Of a DNA stretch of 32,000 nucleotides, positions 1 through 7,970 are shown piece by piece. The position numbers and the translations under genes are program-made. Source of the stretch: Candidatus Omnitrophota bacterium (lineage in GTDB: Bacteria > Omnitrophota > Gorgyraeia > Zapsychrales > JANLHA01); assembly GCA_963662715.1 (NCBI GenBank), contig OY759724.1, forward strand, positions 990,001 through 1,022,000. Reading direction: 5' to 3'. Positions within the stretch are counted from its first letter, which is position 1, and every line of letters begins with the position of its first letter. The notes under the pieces are model-generated. The model had not been told where the DNA came from. It ran no database searches and saw only the letters and a program-made list of their open reading frames with translations.

Positions 1-545
1 CAGTCATCAGCCGCGGTCAGCTCCATGATCCCGTCCATAAGATCCTTGCGCGCGACCGGGTCCAGCCCGCTGAAAGGCTCATCAAGGATCAGTAATTTCG
101 GCCGGTAGGCTAGGGAGGCAATCAGGGCCGCTTTCATTTTCATGCCCCGGGAAAGCGTGTCTATCCGGCCTTGCCGGGGAAGGTCAAATTGTTTCACCAG
201 CCCCTGACAAAAAGCATGATCCCATTGCGGATACATCGACGAACAATAATTCATGAGTTCATCAACCGTCATGTCCTCCGGCAAAGCCTGATTTTCCGAC
301 ACATAGCCGATCTGCCGGAATTCTTTGGGGCCGAGAGACCTGGAATCAAGGTCCCAAATGCGCGCCTGGCCTTTCGTCGGCGGCAGGATATTGACAAGGG
401 TTTTAATGGTTGTGGTTTTTCCGGCGCCGTTGGGCCCCAGGTAAGCATAAATACTGCCGGCCGGGACTTTTAAGTTGAGTTGATTTAAAGCCACTGTCCT
501 TCCGAACTTTTTTGTTAAATCCCTGGTTTCAATGACGTATTTCAT
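1..545 (-). CDS. ABC transporter ATP-binding protein (first ~181 codons; C-terminus lies beyond the window edge)
   Basis: Open at the window edge, so absent from the ORF track. My reverse-strand translation from ATG (545-543) reads MKYVIETRDLTKKFGRTVALNQLNLKVPAGSIYAYLGPNGAGKTTTIKTLVNILPPTKGQARIWDLD...LSRGMKMKAALIASLAYRPKLLILDEPFSGLDPVARKDL. It has Walker A GPNGAGKTT, signature-like LSRGMKMK and Walker B LLILDEP. The ATG overlaps the TGA of the upstream regulator (ATGA at 542-545). Confidence 0.85.
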   Translation of the reverse strand, partial: MKYVIETRDLTKKFGRTVALNQLNLKVPAGSIYAYLGPNGAGKTTTIKTLVNILPPTKGQARIWDLDSRSLGPKEFRQIGYVSENQALPEDMTVDELMNYCSSMYPQWDHAFCQGLVKQFDLPRQGRIDTLSRGMKMKAALIASLAYRPKLLILDEPFSGLDPVARKDLMDGIMELTAADD

Positions 546-934
546 TTGTTTTCTTTCTTTTGATGGATATTCCATTGCCACTGGACCGCCTCCAGCAATT
601 CTTTTTTGGATATTGAAAGACGTTTCGCTTCAATGACCAGACGTTCCACCTCATTGTGCAGCACCTCTTTGCGCTGTTCCTGATTGGCCAGGCTTAATTC
701 CGAGACAACACTGCCGATGCCTGGTTTAATCTGCAGAAGCCGTTCGTTGACCAGATGCGTTACGACTTTCTGGGCCGTATTGGGATTGATACGCAGTTCC
801 CGGCTCATTTCCCGTACAGAAGGGAACCGGTCCCCGGCTCTCAAACGTCCGGAGACGATGGATTTCTTTACGGCATAAATAACCTGTTCATAAATCGGAA
901 CACCGGCTTTGAATGTTACGTTAAAATTAATCAT
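542..934 (-). CDS. GntR-family transcriptional regulator, short YtrA-like subtype
   Basis: From ORF 542..943. Winged-helix GntR signature GDRFPSVREMSRELRINPNTAQKVVTHLVNERLLQIKPGIGSVV. Only a short helical tail follows the HTH, as in YtrA-type regulators that pair with ABC transporters. The ORF-track start is TTG at 943; I prefer ATG at 934 (MINFNVTFKAGVPIYEQV). Confidence 0.8.
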   Translation of the reverse strand: MINFNVTFKAGVPIYEQVIYAVKKSIVSGRLRAGDRFPSVREMSRELRINPNTAQKVVTHLVNERLLQIKPGIGSVVSELSLANQEQRKEVLHNEVERLVIEAKRLSISKKELLEAVQWQWNIHQKKENK

Positions 935-981
935 CGGGCCCAAATCTATTTAAATGTTCATCGGCTTAGTGATCTAACTGT

Positions 982-1010
982 ATTATGCTACATAGTACAC
1001 CAAATGTCAA
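982..1010 (-). promoter_or_regulatory. sigma70-like promoter for the GntR/ABC operon (TTGACA-17-CATAAT)
   Basis: The minus strand reads cccTTGACAtttggtgtactatgtagCATAATacag. The -35 is at 1010-1005 and the -10 at 987-982, with an exact 17-nt spacer, about 40 nt upstream of the ATG at 934. Confidence 0.5.
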
Positions 1011-1062
1011 GGGCAAAGACTCTCTTTTTTTGATCGTGGGGAAAAAATGCCGGGAATATCAC

Positions 1063-1111
1063 AAAAAACAGGCTTTTCCGGGGGGATTGACCTGCCGGTT
1101 CCCCGGAAAAG
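1063..1111 (-). terminator. Intrinsic terminator downstream of leuS
   Basis: The minus strand reads cttttccgggg-(17 nt)-ccccggaaaag, an 11-bp stem (1111-1101 pairing with 1083-1073). It is followed by cctgtttttt (T-run = A-run 1063-1068 on the plus strand) and lies 33 nt after the leuS stop. Confidence 0.6.
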
Positions 1112-1143
1112 GGAAGAGAAGAAGAGCTGCGGGGGAGAAAACC

Positions 1144-3624
1144 TTATACAACAATGTTAATAAGCTTCTCGGGAACGACAATGAATTTTTTGACCGGCTT
1201 GCCCGCTAAATGACGCTGAATGGTTTCATCAGCCAGAACCATGTCTTTGAGTTCATCTTCCGGCATATCGGCCGGCACTTCAAACTTGGCGCGCAGCTTG
1301 CCGTTGATCTGCGCAACCATTAAAATAACATCCTTTATCAATGAGCCTTCTTCATAAGAGGGCCAAGGCACCCGGCTGACGCTTTCCTCCGCACCGTTCA
1401 TCTTTTGCCACAATTCTTCACAGATATGCGGAGTGAGCGGGGCCAGCATTAAGACAGTTGTCTCAATGGCTTTATTCAAGACAGCCTGGCGTACCGGCTG
1501 ATCCTCAACGGAAAATTTTTCCATCCGGTTCATAAGAATCATAATCTGACTGATCGCCGTATTAAATTTAAAACCCTGACTGATGTCCTCGGAGATCTTC
1601 TTAATGGAAAAGTTCCTTTCCTGCTCCAGCTCTTTCGCGTCTCCCGGAAGAGCGGCAAAAGAATACTGTTCATCGACAGGGTGATGCTTATTATGCACGA
1701 TATTCCACACCCGGCTCAAGAACTTCCACGACCCGTCAATAGCATGGTCGTTCCATTCCAGCTGGTCTTCCGGGGGGGCGGCGAAAAGGATGAACAGCCG
1801 GAGGGTGTCCGCGCCGTACTTGGCGATAACGGCATCCGGATCCACGGTGTTCCCCCTGGATTTAGACATAACCTCCCCGTCTTTCAAAACCATGCCCTGC
1901 GTTAATAAACGGTCAAAAGGCTCATCAAAAGAAATCCACCCCAAATCCTTCAGAAACTTGGTAAAAAAACGCGAATACAATAAATGCAGGATGGCATGCT
2001 CAATGCCCCCGATATACTGATCCACCGGCATCCAGTAGGCGGCGTCTTCTTTATCAAAGACCCGGCCGGTGTCCCGGGGAGAGATATAGCGCAAATAATA
2101 CCATGATGAATCAAAAAAGGTGGCCATCGTATCCGTTTCCCTCCGGGCATCCTGACCGCACTGAGGACAGGAAACGCGCACAAACCCCGCGCTCTGGCTT
2201 AAAGGACTCCCCCCCTCCCCGGTAAACTGCACATCCTCTGGGAGTTCCACCGGAAGCTGGTCTTCCGGAACCGGGACGATCCCGCAGGACGGGCAATAGA
2301 TAACGGGAATCGGGGTCCCCCAATACCGCTGGCGGGAAATCAGCCAGTCGCGCAGACGCCAATAGACCGTGATCCGCCCCATCCCTTCCTTTTCCATCCA
2401 CTGGGCGATCTTGGATTTTCCCTCCTCATTCGTCATCCCGTCGAACTGGGCTGAATGAACCTGCACGCCCTCCTCCTCATACGCTTCTGTCATATCTTCG
2501 ACCCGCAGGTCCGGTCTTTCGGGATCCTGAATAACGATCCTCATCGGTAAAGCATGTTCTCTGGCAAATAAAAAGTCTCTTTGATCATGAGTCGGGACCG
2601 CCATAATCGCGCCTGTCCCGTAGTCCATCAGGACATAGTCAGCAACCCAGACCGGGATCTTTTCCTGGTTCACCGGGTTCACGGCATACTGGCCGGTAAA
2701 AACACCTTCTTTCCTTAAATCCCCTGACATGCGCATGCTCTTGCTCATCTGTCCGGCTTTCTCGACAAATTCCAGGATATCCTTCTCCCTGTCCGTACCG
2801 GCCACCAGGGACTTCACGAGCGGATGTTCCGGGGCCAGGACGACATAAGTCGCCCCGAAAATCGTATCCGGCCGTGTGGTGAAAACAGGCAGCCGTTCCC
2901 CGGTCTTCACCATTTGGAAATAAATCTCAACACCGTAACTTTTTCCTATCCAGTTCTCCTGCATAGCCAAAACCCTGGAAGGCCACTGGTTGAGCTTCTG
3001 CAAGTCTTCCAGCAGGGCCTCAGAGTAATGGGTGATCTTTAAATACCATTGTTCCAGATCTTTTTGTATAACATTATTCTTGCACCGCCAGCACTGGCCT
3101 TGAATAACTTCTTCGTTCGCCAGCGTCGTTTCACAGCTGGGGCACCAGTTCACGGAAGATGCTTTCTTGTAAGCCAGGCCCTTCTCCAGCATTTTCAAAA
3201 AAATCCATTGGTTCCACCGGTAATATTCTTTATCGCATGTGGCCAATTCCCGGTCCCAATCATAGGAGAACCCCATCCTTTTTAAATTGGTCCTCATCTG
3301 GTCTATACACCGGTACGTCCATTCCGCCGGATGGCTTTTGTGTTTAATCGCGGCATTTTCCGCCGGCTGGCCAAAAGCATCATAGCCCATGGGATGAAGC
3401 ACATTATATCCCTGCATCAGCTTAAACCGGGCGATCACGTCAGCGATCGTATAATTGCGGACATGTCCCATGTGAATTTTTCCGGACGGATAAGGGAACA
3501 TTTCCAGGCAATAGAATTTGGGGCGGTCCTTCTCCTCCCCTGTTTTAAAGACCTGCTTCTGCTCCCAGGCCTTCTGCCATTTCTTTTCGATACGCTCTAT
3601 TTCTTTAGTGTTATACGGATTCAT
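1144..3624 (-). CDS. leuS: Leucine--tRNA ligase
   Basis: From ORF 1144..3675. Class I synthetase HIGH motif (PSGKIHMGHVRNY), KMSKS-type motif (VMSKSRGN), a CP1 editing-domain-sized insertion and Zn-type cysteines (CPSCETT...CWRC). I prefer the start at ATG 3624 (MNPYNTKEIERIEKKWQ), which has GGGAGAGG about 8 nt upstream. The 17-codon upstream extension has no such site. Confidence 0.95.
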   Translation of the reverse strand: MNPYNTKEIERIEKKWQKAWEQKQVFKTGEEKDRPKFYCLEMFPYPSGKIHMGHVRNYTIADVIARFKLMQGYNVLHPMGYDAFGQPAENAAIKHKSHPAEWTYRCIDQMRTNLKRMGFSYDWDRELATCDKEYYRWNQWIFLKMLEKGLAYKKASSVNWCPSCETTLANEEVIQGQCWRCKNNVIQKDLEQWYLKITHYSEALLEDLQKLNQWPSRVLAMQENWIGKSYGVEIYFQMVKTGERLPVFTTRPDTIFGATYVVLAPEHPLVKSLVAGTDREKDILEFVEKAGQMSKSMRMSGDLRKEGVFTGQYAVNPVNQEKIPVWVADYVLMDYGTGAIMAVPTHDQRDFLFAREHALPMRIVIQDPERPDLRVEDMTEAYEEEGVQVHSAQFDGMTNEEGKSKIAQWMEKEGMGRITVYWRLRDWLISRQRYWGTPIPVIYCPSCGIVPVPEDQLPVELPEDVQFTGEGGSPLSQSAGFVRVSCPQCGQDARRETDTMATFFDSSWYYLRYISPRDTGRVFDKEDAAYWMPVDQYIGGIEHAILHLLYSRFFTKFLKDLGWISFDEPFDRLLTQGMVLKDGEVMSKSRGNTVDPDAVIAKYGADTLRLFILFAAPPEDQLEWNDHAIDGSWKFLSRVWNIVHNKHHPVDEQYSFAALPGDAKELEQERNFSIKKISEDISQGFKFNTAISQIMILMNRMEKFSVEDQPVRQAVLNKAIETTVLMLAPLTPHICEELWQKMNGAEESVSRVPWPSYEEGSLIKDVILMVAQINGKLRAKFEVPADMPEDELKDMVLADETIQRHLAGKPVKKFIVVPEKLINIVV

Positions 3625-3711
3625 CAGTTTAACCTCTCCCAATAAAAATGAGGGAATCTCCTTAAGCCTGGCCATTCCCCCTCGATTACCTTCTGCTGTT
3701 TTCTTTAAAAA

Positions 3712-4134
3712 CTATTTATGATAATCTACACCCCTGTGAATGTATTGCTTATCCATGCGGCGGGGTGAAAAAAATTCCCGGCAAAAATTCTCGGCACATT
3801 CAACATCAAACTTTTTACAGCAGTAAATATCAACGGAAATAAAATTCTTTTTGGACAACGTGTGAATAACAATCGAACTCTCAATCAACGGAACCCATCC
3901 TGACAACCCGGCTTTATCCGGGAACCGCGTCGCATCACTTCTGAAAAGATTCGGAGGCGCCTGCTTTTCCATGCCCAAGGCGTCAACCAGTTCATCCAAA
4001 AAGCGGTAGTTCAGGGACAGGTCATCACAGGTTTCAGCCCGGCAATCATAAAGGTCTAAAAGCAATTGATAACCAAAGGCTCCGGGGGAAACGTCAAGAA
4101 CTTCTGGCTGCTTCTTTAAATCAACTTGGTTCAT
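3712..4134 (-). CDS. Pyruvoyl-dependent decarboxylase proenzyme of the AdoMetDC (SpeH/SpeD class 1) fold; substrate not assignable
   Basis: 140 aa. LLLDLYDC near the N-terminus, then GLSGWVPLIE-SSIVIHTL followed by FISVDIYCC. This matches the self-cleavage Glu-Ser site and IHT(W/Y/L) core of small prokaryotic S-adenosylmethionine decarboxylases (Glu85 codon 3880-3882, Ser86 codon 3877-3879). Confidence 0.7.
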   Translation of the reverse strand: MNQVDLKKQPEVLDVSPGAFGYQLLLDLYDCRAETCDDLSLNYRFLDELVDALGMEKQAPPNLFRSDATRFPDKAGLSGWVPLIESSIVIHTLSKKNFISVDIYCCKKFDVECAENFCREFFSPRRMDKQYIHRGVDYHK

Positions 4135-4218
4135 TCTCTCTCCCTGAATAAGCCGAACATCACTCTTTTTACCATAAAATATATAAAATTCCTACTAATT
4201 TATCCTGCCACCTCCAGC

Positions 4219-4419
4219 TTAACGTCCCCAAAGCAGGGTGATCAGCAAAAAGGCCGAAATAACGATTGTAATAATAACGGCCCTGGCGGACCATCGGTAT
4301 TTCATCTTCCCGAAGATTCCGTCCCCCGCCCGGTGTAAACTTTCTCCACAAAAATGACACAACAGGGCATCGTCATCATAAATGGGGTTATGGCAATGAG
4401 GACAAATATAATCGGGCAT
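4219..4419 (-). CDS. Membrane-anchored zinc-ribbon microprotein (hypothetical)
   Basis: 66 aa. C6-x2-C9-x11-C21-x2-C24 (CPHC...CHFC) followed by a C-terminal hydrophobic helix AVIITIVISAFLLITLLW. The RBS is weak (AAGG 1 nt from the ATG), so expression is uncertain. Confidence 0.5.
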   Translation of the reverse strand: MPDYICPHCHNPIYDDDALLCHFCGESLHRAGDGIFGKMKYRWSARAVIITIVISAFLLITLLWGR

Positions 4420-4674
4420 ACCTTAAAATTCTTACCGACCCTGACCACTTCACCGCTCGATCCAGCGTCTTGAGCACGAATAAATTATCCGAAGAATAAC
4501 AACTTTTTTAGAATTATCTCACTACTTATTCATGAAGTCAAAAATTAATACATATTTTTCTAATAACTTTTTTTTCAAATAATAAAGAGTAAGTAATACT
4601 AAAATTAATAAAAATTTAAATATTAAACAAATTCCCGGCTTTTCTGATTTCCTGCTGCCGTTCTTTTTATCTAT

Positions 4675-4703
4675 TTGCAAATTTAGAAAAAGTATTCTAA
4701 AAT
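4675..4703 (+). promoter_or_regulatory. sigma70-like promoter ahead of thiS (TTGCAA-17-TAAAAT)
   Basis: The plus strand reads tTTGCAAatttagaaaaagtattcTAAAATgac. The -35 is at 4675-4680 and the -10 at 4698-4703, with a 17-nt spacer. This would give a leader of only ~30 nt before the TTG start at 4739. Confidence 0.5.
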
Positions 4704-4738
4704 GACTCGTCACGGAAAATAAAAAAAGGAATAAAGAA

Positions 4739-4939
4739 TTGAAAATAGCCATTAACGGAAAGACACATGAATTCCCGGGACCGTTAAAGCTGCAGGCCCT
4801 CATCCAGCAGGTCTGCCAAGGACAACGGCATGTCATTGCCGAATTAAATGAAAAGATCGTTAAACAGGAGCAGTGGGACACTGTCAACGTATGCGAAGGA
4901 GACCGGATCGAACTGGTCAGTTTTGTGGGTGGAGGATAA
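4739..4939 (+). CDS. thiS: Sulfur-carrier protein ThiS
   Basis: 66 aa with a ubiquitin-like pattern ending in the diagnostic C-terminal GG (ELVSFVGGG*). TTG start with AAGGA 8 nt upstream. Sits immediately upstream of thiG. Confidence 0.85.
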   Translation: MKIAINGKTHEFPGPLKLQALIQQVCQGQRHVIAELNEKIVKQEQWDTVNVCEGDRIELVSFVGGG

Positions 4940-4948
4940 CATCATTTC

Positions 4949-5773
4949 ATGACAGATATGAAAACCGAAAAAATTCCAAATTCAGCCGAACCGGGAAAGA
5001 ATGCTGATCCTTTTCTGATCGCCGGCCAAGAATTCACCAACCGTTTCTTGCTCGGCACAGGGAAGTTCAAGAACAAAACGGATGTCAGCGAAAGCATCGC
5101 CGCTTCCGGGACGCAAATTGTCACCGTCGCCTTAAGGCGCATTGATCTGCAACGGCATGAAGACAACATTCTGGAATACATCCCCTCAAACGTCACCCTG
5201 CTCACAAACACCTCCGGGGCCAGGAATGCCCAGGAGGCGGTCCGTATTGCCCGGCTGGCACGCGAGGCCGGGTATGGGAATTGGATAAAGATCGAAGTCA
5301 TCAATGACAGCAAATACCTTTTGCCCGACAATGCGGAAACTGTCAAAGCCACCGAAATCCTGGCGCAGGAAGGATTCGTCGTCCTGCCGTATATCCTGCC
5401 TGATCTGAATATCGCCCGGGCCTTACAGAAAGCCGGAGCAGCCACGGTGATGCCGTTAGGGTCCCTCATCGGCAGCAATCAAGGAATCCGAGTTAAAGAC
5501 CTAGTCCGGATCCTTATTGAAGAGATGGATATCCCGGTCATCGTTGACGCCGGCATCGGGGCGCCGTCACAGGCCTGCGAAGCCATGGAAATGGGAGCCG
5601 CCGCCGTACTGGTCAATACGGCCGTAGCCACCGCCGGGAATCCTGCCCGTTTAGCTAAAGCTTTTTCTTTAGCCGTTAAGGCGGGCCGCCGGGCTTATTT
5701 GAGTCAGCCGCCGGCTCCGAGAGGTTTAGCCGAAGCGTCCTCTCCCCTGACAGGCTTTCTCTATGATGCCTGA
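4949..5773 (+). CDS. thiG: Thiazole synthase ThiG
   Basis: 274 aa. FLIAGQEFTNRFLLGTGKF, IKIEVI, VMPLGSLIGSNQGI and IVDAGIGAPSQA are the typical ThiG TIM-barrel motifs. An alternative start three codons in (ATG 4958) is possible. Confidence 0.95.
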   Translation: MTDMKTEKIPNSAEPGKNADPFLIAGQEFTNRFLLGTGKFKNKTDVSESIAASGTQIVTVALRRIDLQRHEDNILEYIPSNVTLLTNTSGARNAQEAVRIARLAREAGYGNWIKIEVINDSKYLLPDNAETVKATEILAQEGFVVLPYILPDLNIARALQKAGAATVMPLGSLIGSNQGIRVKDLVRILIEEMDIPVIVDAGIGAPSQACEAMEMGAAAVLVNTAVATAGNPARLAKAFSLAVKAGRRAYLSQPPAPRGLAEASSPLTGFLYDA

Positions 5774-5823
5774 GACGGCTGTCCTCAGACAAAAATATCC
5801 GCCAACGATCATGGATTAAAACT

Positions 5824-6849
5824 GTGAAAGATCATATTTCTTTAAAACACATACAAGCCCTTCTGGAGAACCGGGACCCGCTGACGACAGAAAAACTGGC
5901 GCGCCAGGCCGCGGTTTTGACACAACAGTATTTCGGACGGACAGTTTCCCTGTACGCTCCCTTATACCTGTCCAACTACTGCAGCAGTTATTGCACGTAC
6001 TGCGGATTTAACAGCCGCCAACGCATCCGACGGATAAAGTTAACCCCCGGCGAAATCCAGAGTGAGATGCAAAAAGTGGCGGACACCGGGATAGAAAACA
6101 TCCTGCTTTTAACCGGGGAGTCTTATCAAGCGACCCCTCTTTCATACCTGCTCCGGGCTGTCGAAATCGCCGGACAGCATTTCACCGGCATCTGTCTGGA
6201 AGTGCATCCTATGGACACAGAGGATTATCACACCCTCTATCTCCATGGTGTGGACGCCATCACACTTTATCAGGAAACCTACGACCGGAAACGCTACCAA
6301 TCGGTCCACCTGTCCGGGAAAAAAAAGGATTATGATTACCGGTATACGGCTATTGAAAGAATTGCCCAAGCCGGCATGCGTTATATATCCATGGGAATCC
6401 TGCTGGGACTCGGAGATGTGGCGGAAGATTTATATTCGCTTTTCCGGCATCTGAGATGGATGGAGAAAGCATACCCGGCGGTGGAATACAGTCTTTCCTT
6501 CCCCCGCTTAAGGCAAATCAGGGGCCAGGAGTTCTGCTCCGGCACCGTTGATGACATCACCTTCACAAAGATCATCTGCTTGACGAGGCTCCTTTTCCCC
6601 CGCGTGGGGATAAACCTATCAACCCGCGAATCCCCGCGTCTCCGCGATCACCTGATTGAATGCGGGGTCACGCGGTTATCCGCCGGCTCGAACACGGCTG
6701 TCGGAGGATACTCCGTTTTTGAACAGCCTTCGCAAGACCCGCAGTTTGACATACAAGACAAACGGGCGGTCCAGGAAATCGTCCGCACCCTTAAAAGCAA
6801 AAACTTTGATCCGGTCTTCACGGACTGGCGCCCCATAAAAAACACCTGA
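5824..6849 (+). CDS. thiH: 2-iminoacetate synthase (tyrosine lyase) ThiH, radical SAM
   Basis: 341 aa. LYAPLYLSNYCSSYCTYCGF carries the CxxxCxxC radical-SAM cluster in the ThiH-typical context, and the gene sits in a thiS-thiG context. GTG start; the exact start is uncertain. Confidence 0.85.
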   Translation: MKDHISLKHIQALLENRDPLTTEKLARQAAVLTQQYFGRTVSLYAPLYLSNYCSSYCTYCGFNSRQRIRRIKLTPGEIQSEMQKVADTGIENILLLTGESYQATPLSYLLRAVEIAGQHFTGICLEVHPMDTEDYHTLYLHGVDAITLYQETYDRKRYQSVHLSGKKKDYDYRYTAIERIAQAGMRYISMGILLGLGDVAEDLYSLFRHLRWMEKAYPAVEYSLSFPRLRQIRGQEFCSGTVDDITFTKIICLTRLLFPRVGINLSTRESPRLRDHLIECGVTRLSAGSNTAVGGYSVFEQPSQDPQFDIQDKRAVQEIVRTLKSKNFDPVFTDWRPIKNT

Positions 6850-7027
6850 AGTCCGCCGGCAGAAAACCTTATAAAGTCCGGGCGCGGCTGATGGCTCTCC
6901 GGATGTTTTTTATCATAAAATATGTTATACTTTCACAAAAGTCTATATAATATAAGCTGTTAGATCAAAATATTCACCAATGCCGCCGGCTCTTACAATG
7001 CGGTGAAAATCCATGAAGGAGTGAATC

Positions 7028-7270
7028 ATGCGAGCAGAAAATTCACATGCTTTAGAAAGATTAAGCATCTTTTGCCATTTTACCGGAATTTTCTCTGTAT
7101 TCATCGGCCTGTCATTGACTTTTTTTGATGCTTTAAACCGGGATATGGGCCACATTCAAATCAGTCTCTACGTCGTTATTACCGGATACTCCTTTGTCAA
7201 GATCGCCAAACGCATATCACAAATATTGATGATCGAAAACCACCCCTCCAGCAACAAGGTAAGACTTTAA
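7028..7270 (+). CDS. Small two-helix membrane protein (hypothetical)
   Basis: 80 aa. Strong RBS (gAAGGAGtgaatcATG, 7-nt spacing). Two hydrophobic stretches (FCHFTGIFSVFIGLSLTFF and ISLYVVITGYSFV). Lies between thiH and thiF on the same strand. Confidence 0.45.
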   Translation: MRAENSHALERLSIFCHFTGIFSVFIGLSLTFFDALNRDMGHIQISLYVVITGYSFVKIAKRISQILMIENHPSSNKVRL

Positions 7271-7337
7271 CAAGTCCCCTGATTGTGCTATCATTTCTAT
7301 ACTTCAGATACTGCGGAAAAACTTTCGTTTAATTTCT

Positions 7338-7970
7338 ATGAACCCATTTGAAAACAATCTTTTAAAATATTTCAAGCCCGAACAGCTGCAAAAAATTCAG
7401 TCCAAAAAAATTGGTATCGGAGGCGCCGGAGGTCTGGGATCGAATGTGGCGGTCATTTTGGCGCGTTGCGGATTCAGAAATTTCGAGATACTGGATGATG
7501 ACACCGTTGATCATTCCAATCTGAACCGTCAATTCTATTTTCTGGATGAGGTGGGAAAAAGCAAGGTGACCACTTTGCGCAACCGCCTTTTAAAAATCAA
7601 CCCTGATTGCGCCGTTCATATTTTTCCTGTTCATTGGTCGGAGGAAACCGGAGACCAATTCTTTCACGCGTGTGATTTCATTGTTGAAGCCTTTGATGAA
7701 GCCGAAACGAAACATAAATTCGTGTCGTTTTACCAGCCCCGGGCCCCTCATATCATCAGCGGGACAGGAATGGCAGGACTTATGCAGAAAAAGCCTTTAA
7801 CTCATAAAAAACTTGCTAATATTCACCTGGTCGGGGATTTCACAACAGACACCGCTGAAGGCCACCCGCCGCTGGCCCCCCGGGTCACGGCCTGTGCTGC
7901 GATGATGGCCGAAATCATCCTGGACCTGACCTGCGGCGTCCCTCCCTTATACCCCCAGAAGCGCTCTTAA
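7338..7970 (+). CDS. thiF: ThiF-family adenylyltransferase (ThiS-activating E1-like enzyme), short form
   Basis: 210 aa. Rossmann/E1 motif IGIGGAGGLGSNVAVILARCGFRNFEILDDDTVDHSNLNRQ. No C-terminal Zn CxxC pair, as in the short ThiF forms. Confidence 0.8.
   Translation: MNPFENNLLKYFKPEQLQKIQSKKIGIGGAGGLGSNVAVILARCGFRNFEILDDDTVDHSNLNRQFYFLDEVGKSKVTTLRNRLLKINPDCAVHIFPVHWSEETGDQFFHACDFIVEAFDEAETKHKFVSFYQPRAPHIISGTGMAGLMQKKPLTHKKLANIHLVGDFTTDTAEGHPPLAPRVTACAAMMAEIILDLTCGVPPLYPQKRS

Noticed and set aside
3625-3675. 17-codon N-terminal extension of leuS (MARLKEIPSFLLGEVKL)
   Set aside because: There is no RBS before 3675. ATG 3624 has GGGAGAGG upstream and gives the usual LeuRS N-terminus.
1681-3721. 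About ten ORFs of 60-104 aa on either strand inside the leuS coordinates
   Set aside because: All lie within or antisense to a full-length, motif-rich leuS frame, and their products are low-complexity Pro/Arg/Gly-rich strings. They are shadow ORFs.
4420-4738. Possible TPP (THI-box) riboswitch upstream of thiS
   Set aside because: I found neither the CUGAGA nor the CCUGAUCUGGAUAAUGCCAGCG-like core on either strand. It is kept as a finding to be tested by cmsearch rather than annotated.
4522-4887. 121-aa minus-strand ORF in the zinc-ribbon/thiS intergenic region
   Set aside because: It runs through a very AT-rich promoter region and into thiS antisense. The product is Phe/Leu/Lys-rich low-complexity sequence, and I saw no RBS.
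4942-6845. Antisense and off-frame ORFs inside thiG and thiH (e.g. 4942..5478 minus, 6142..6369 minus, 6245..6454 plus)
   Set aside because: They are fully overlapped by strongly supported thiG/thiH frames.
6943-7155. 70-aa minus-strand ORF between thiH and thiF
   Set aside because: It overlaps the plus-strand 80-aa ORF, which has a much better RBS (AAGGAG) and a coherent two-helix product. It has no RBS of its own.
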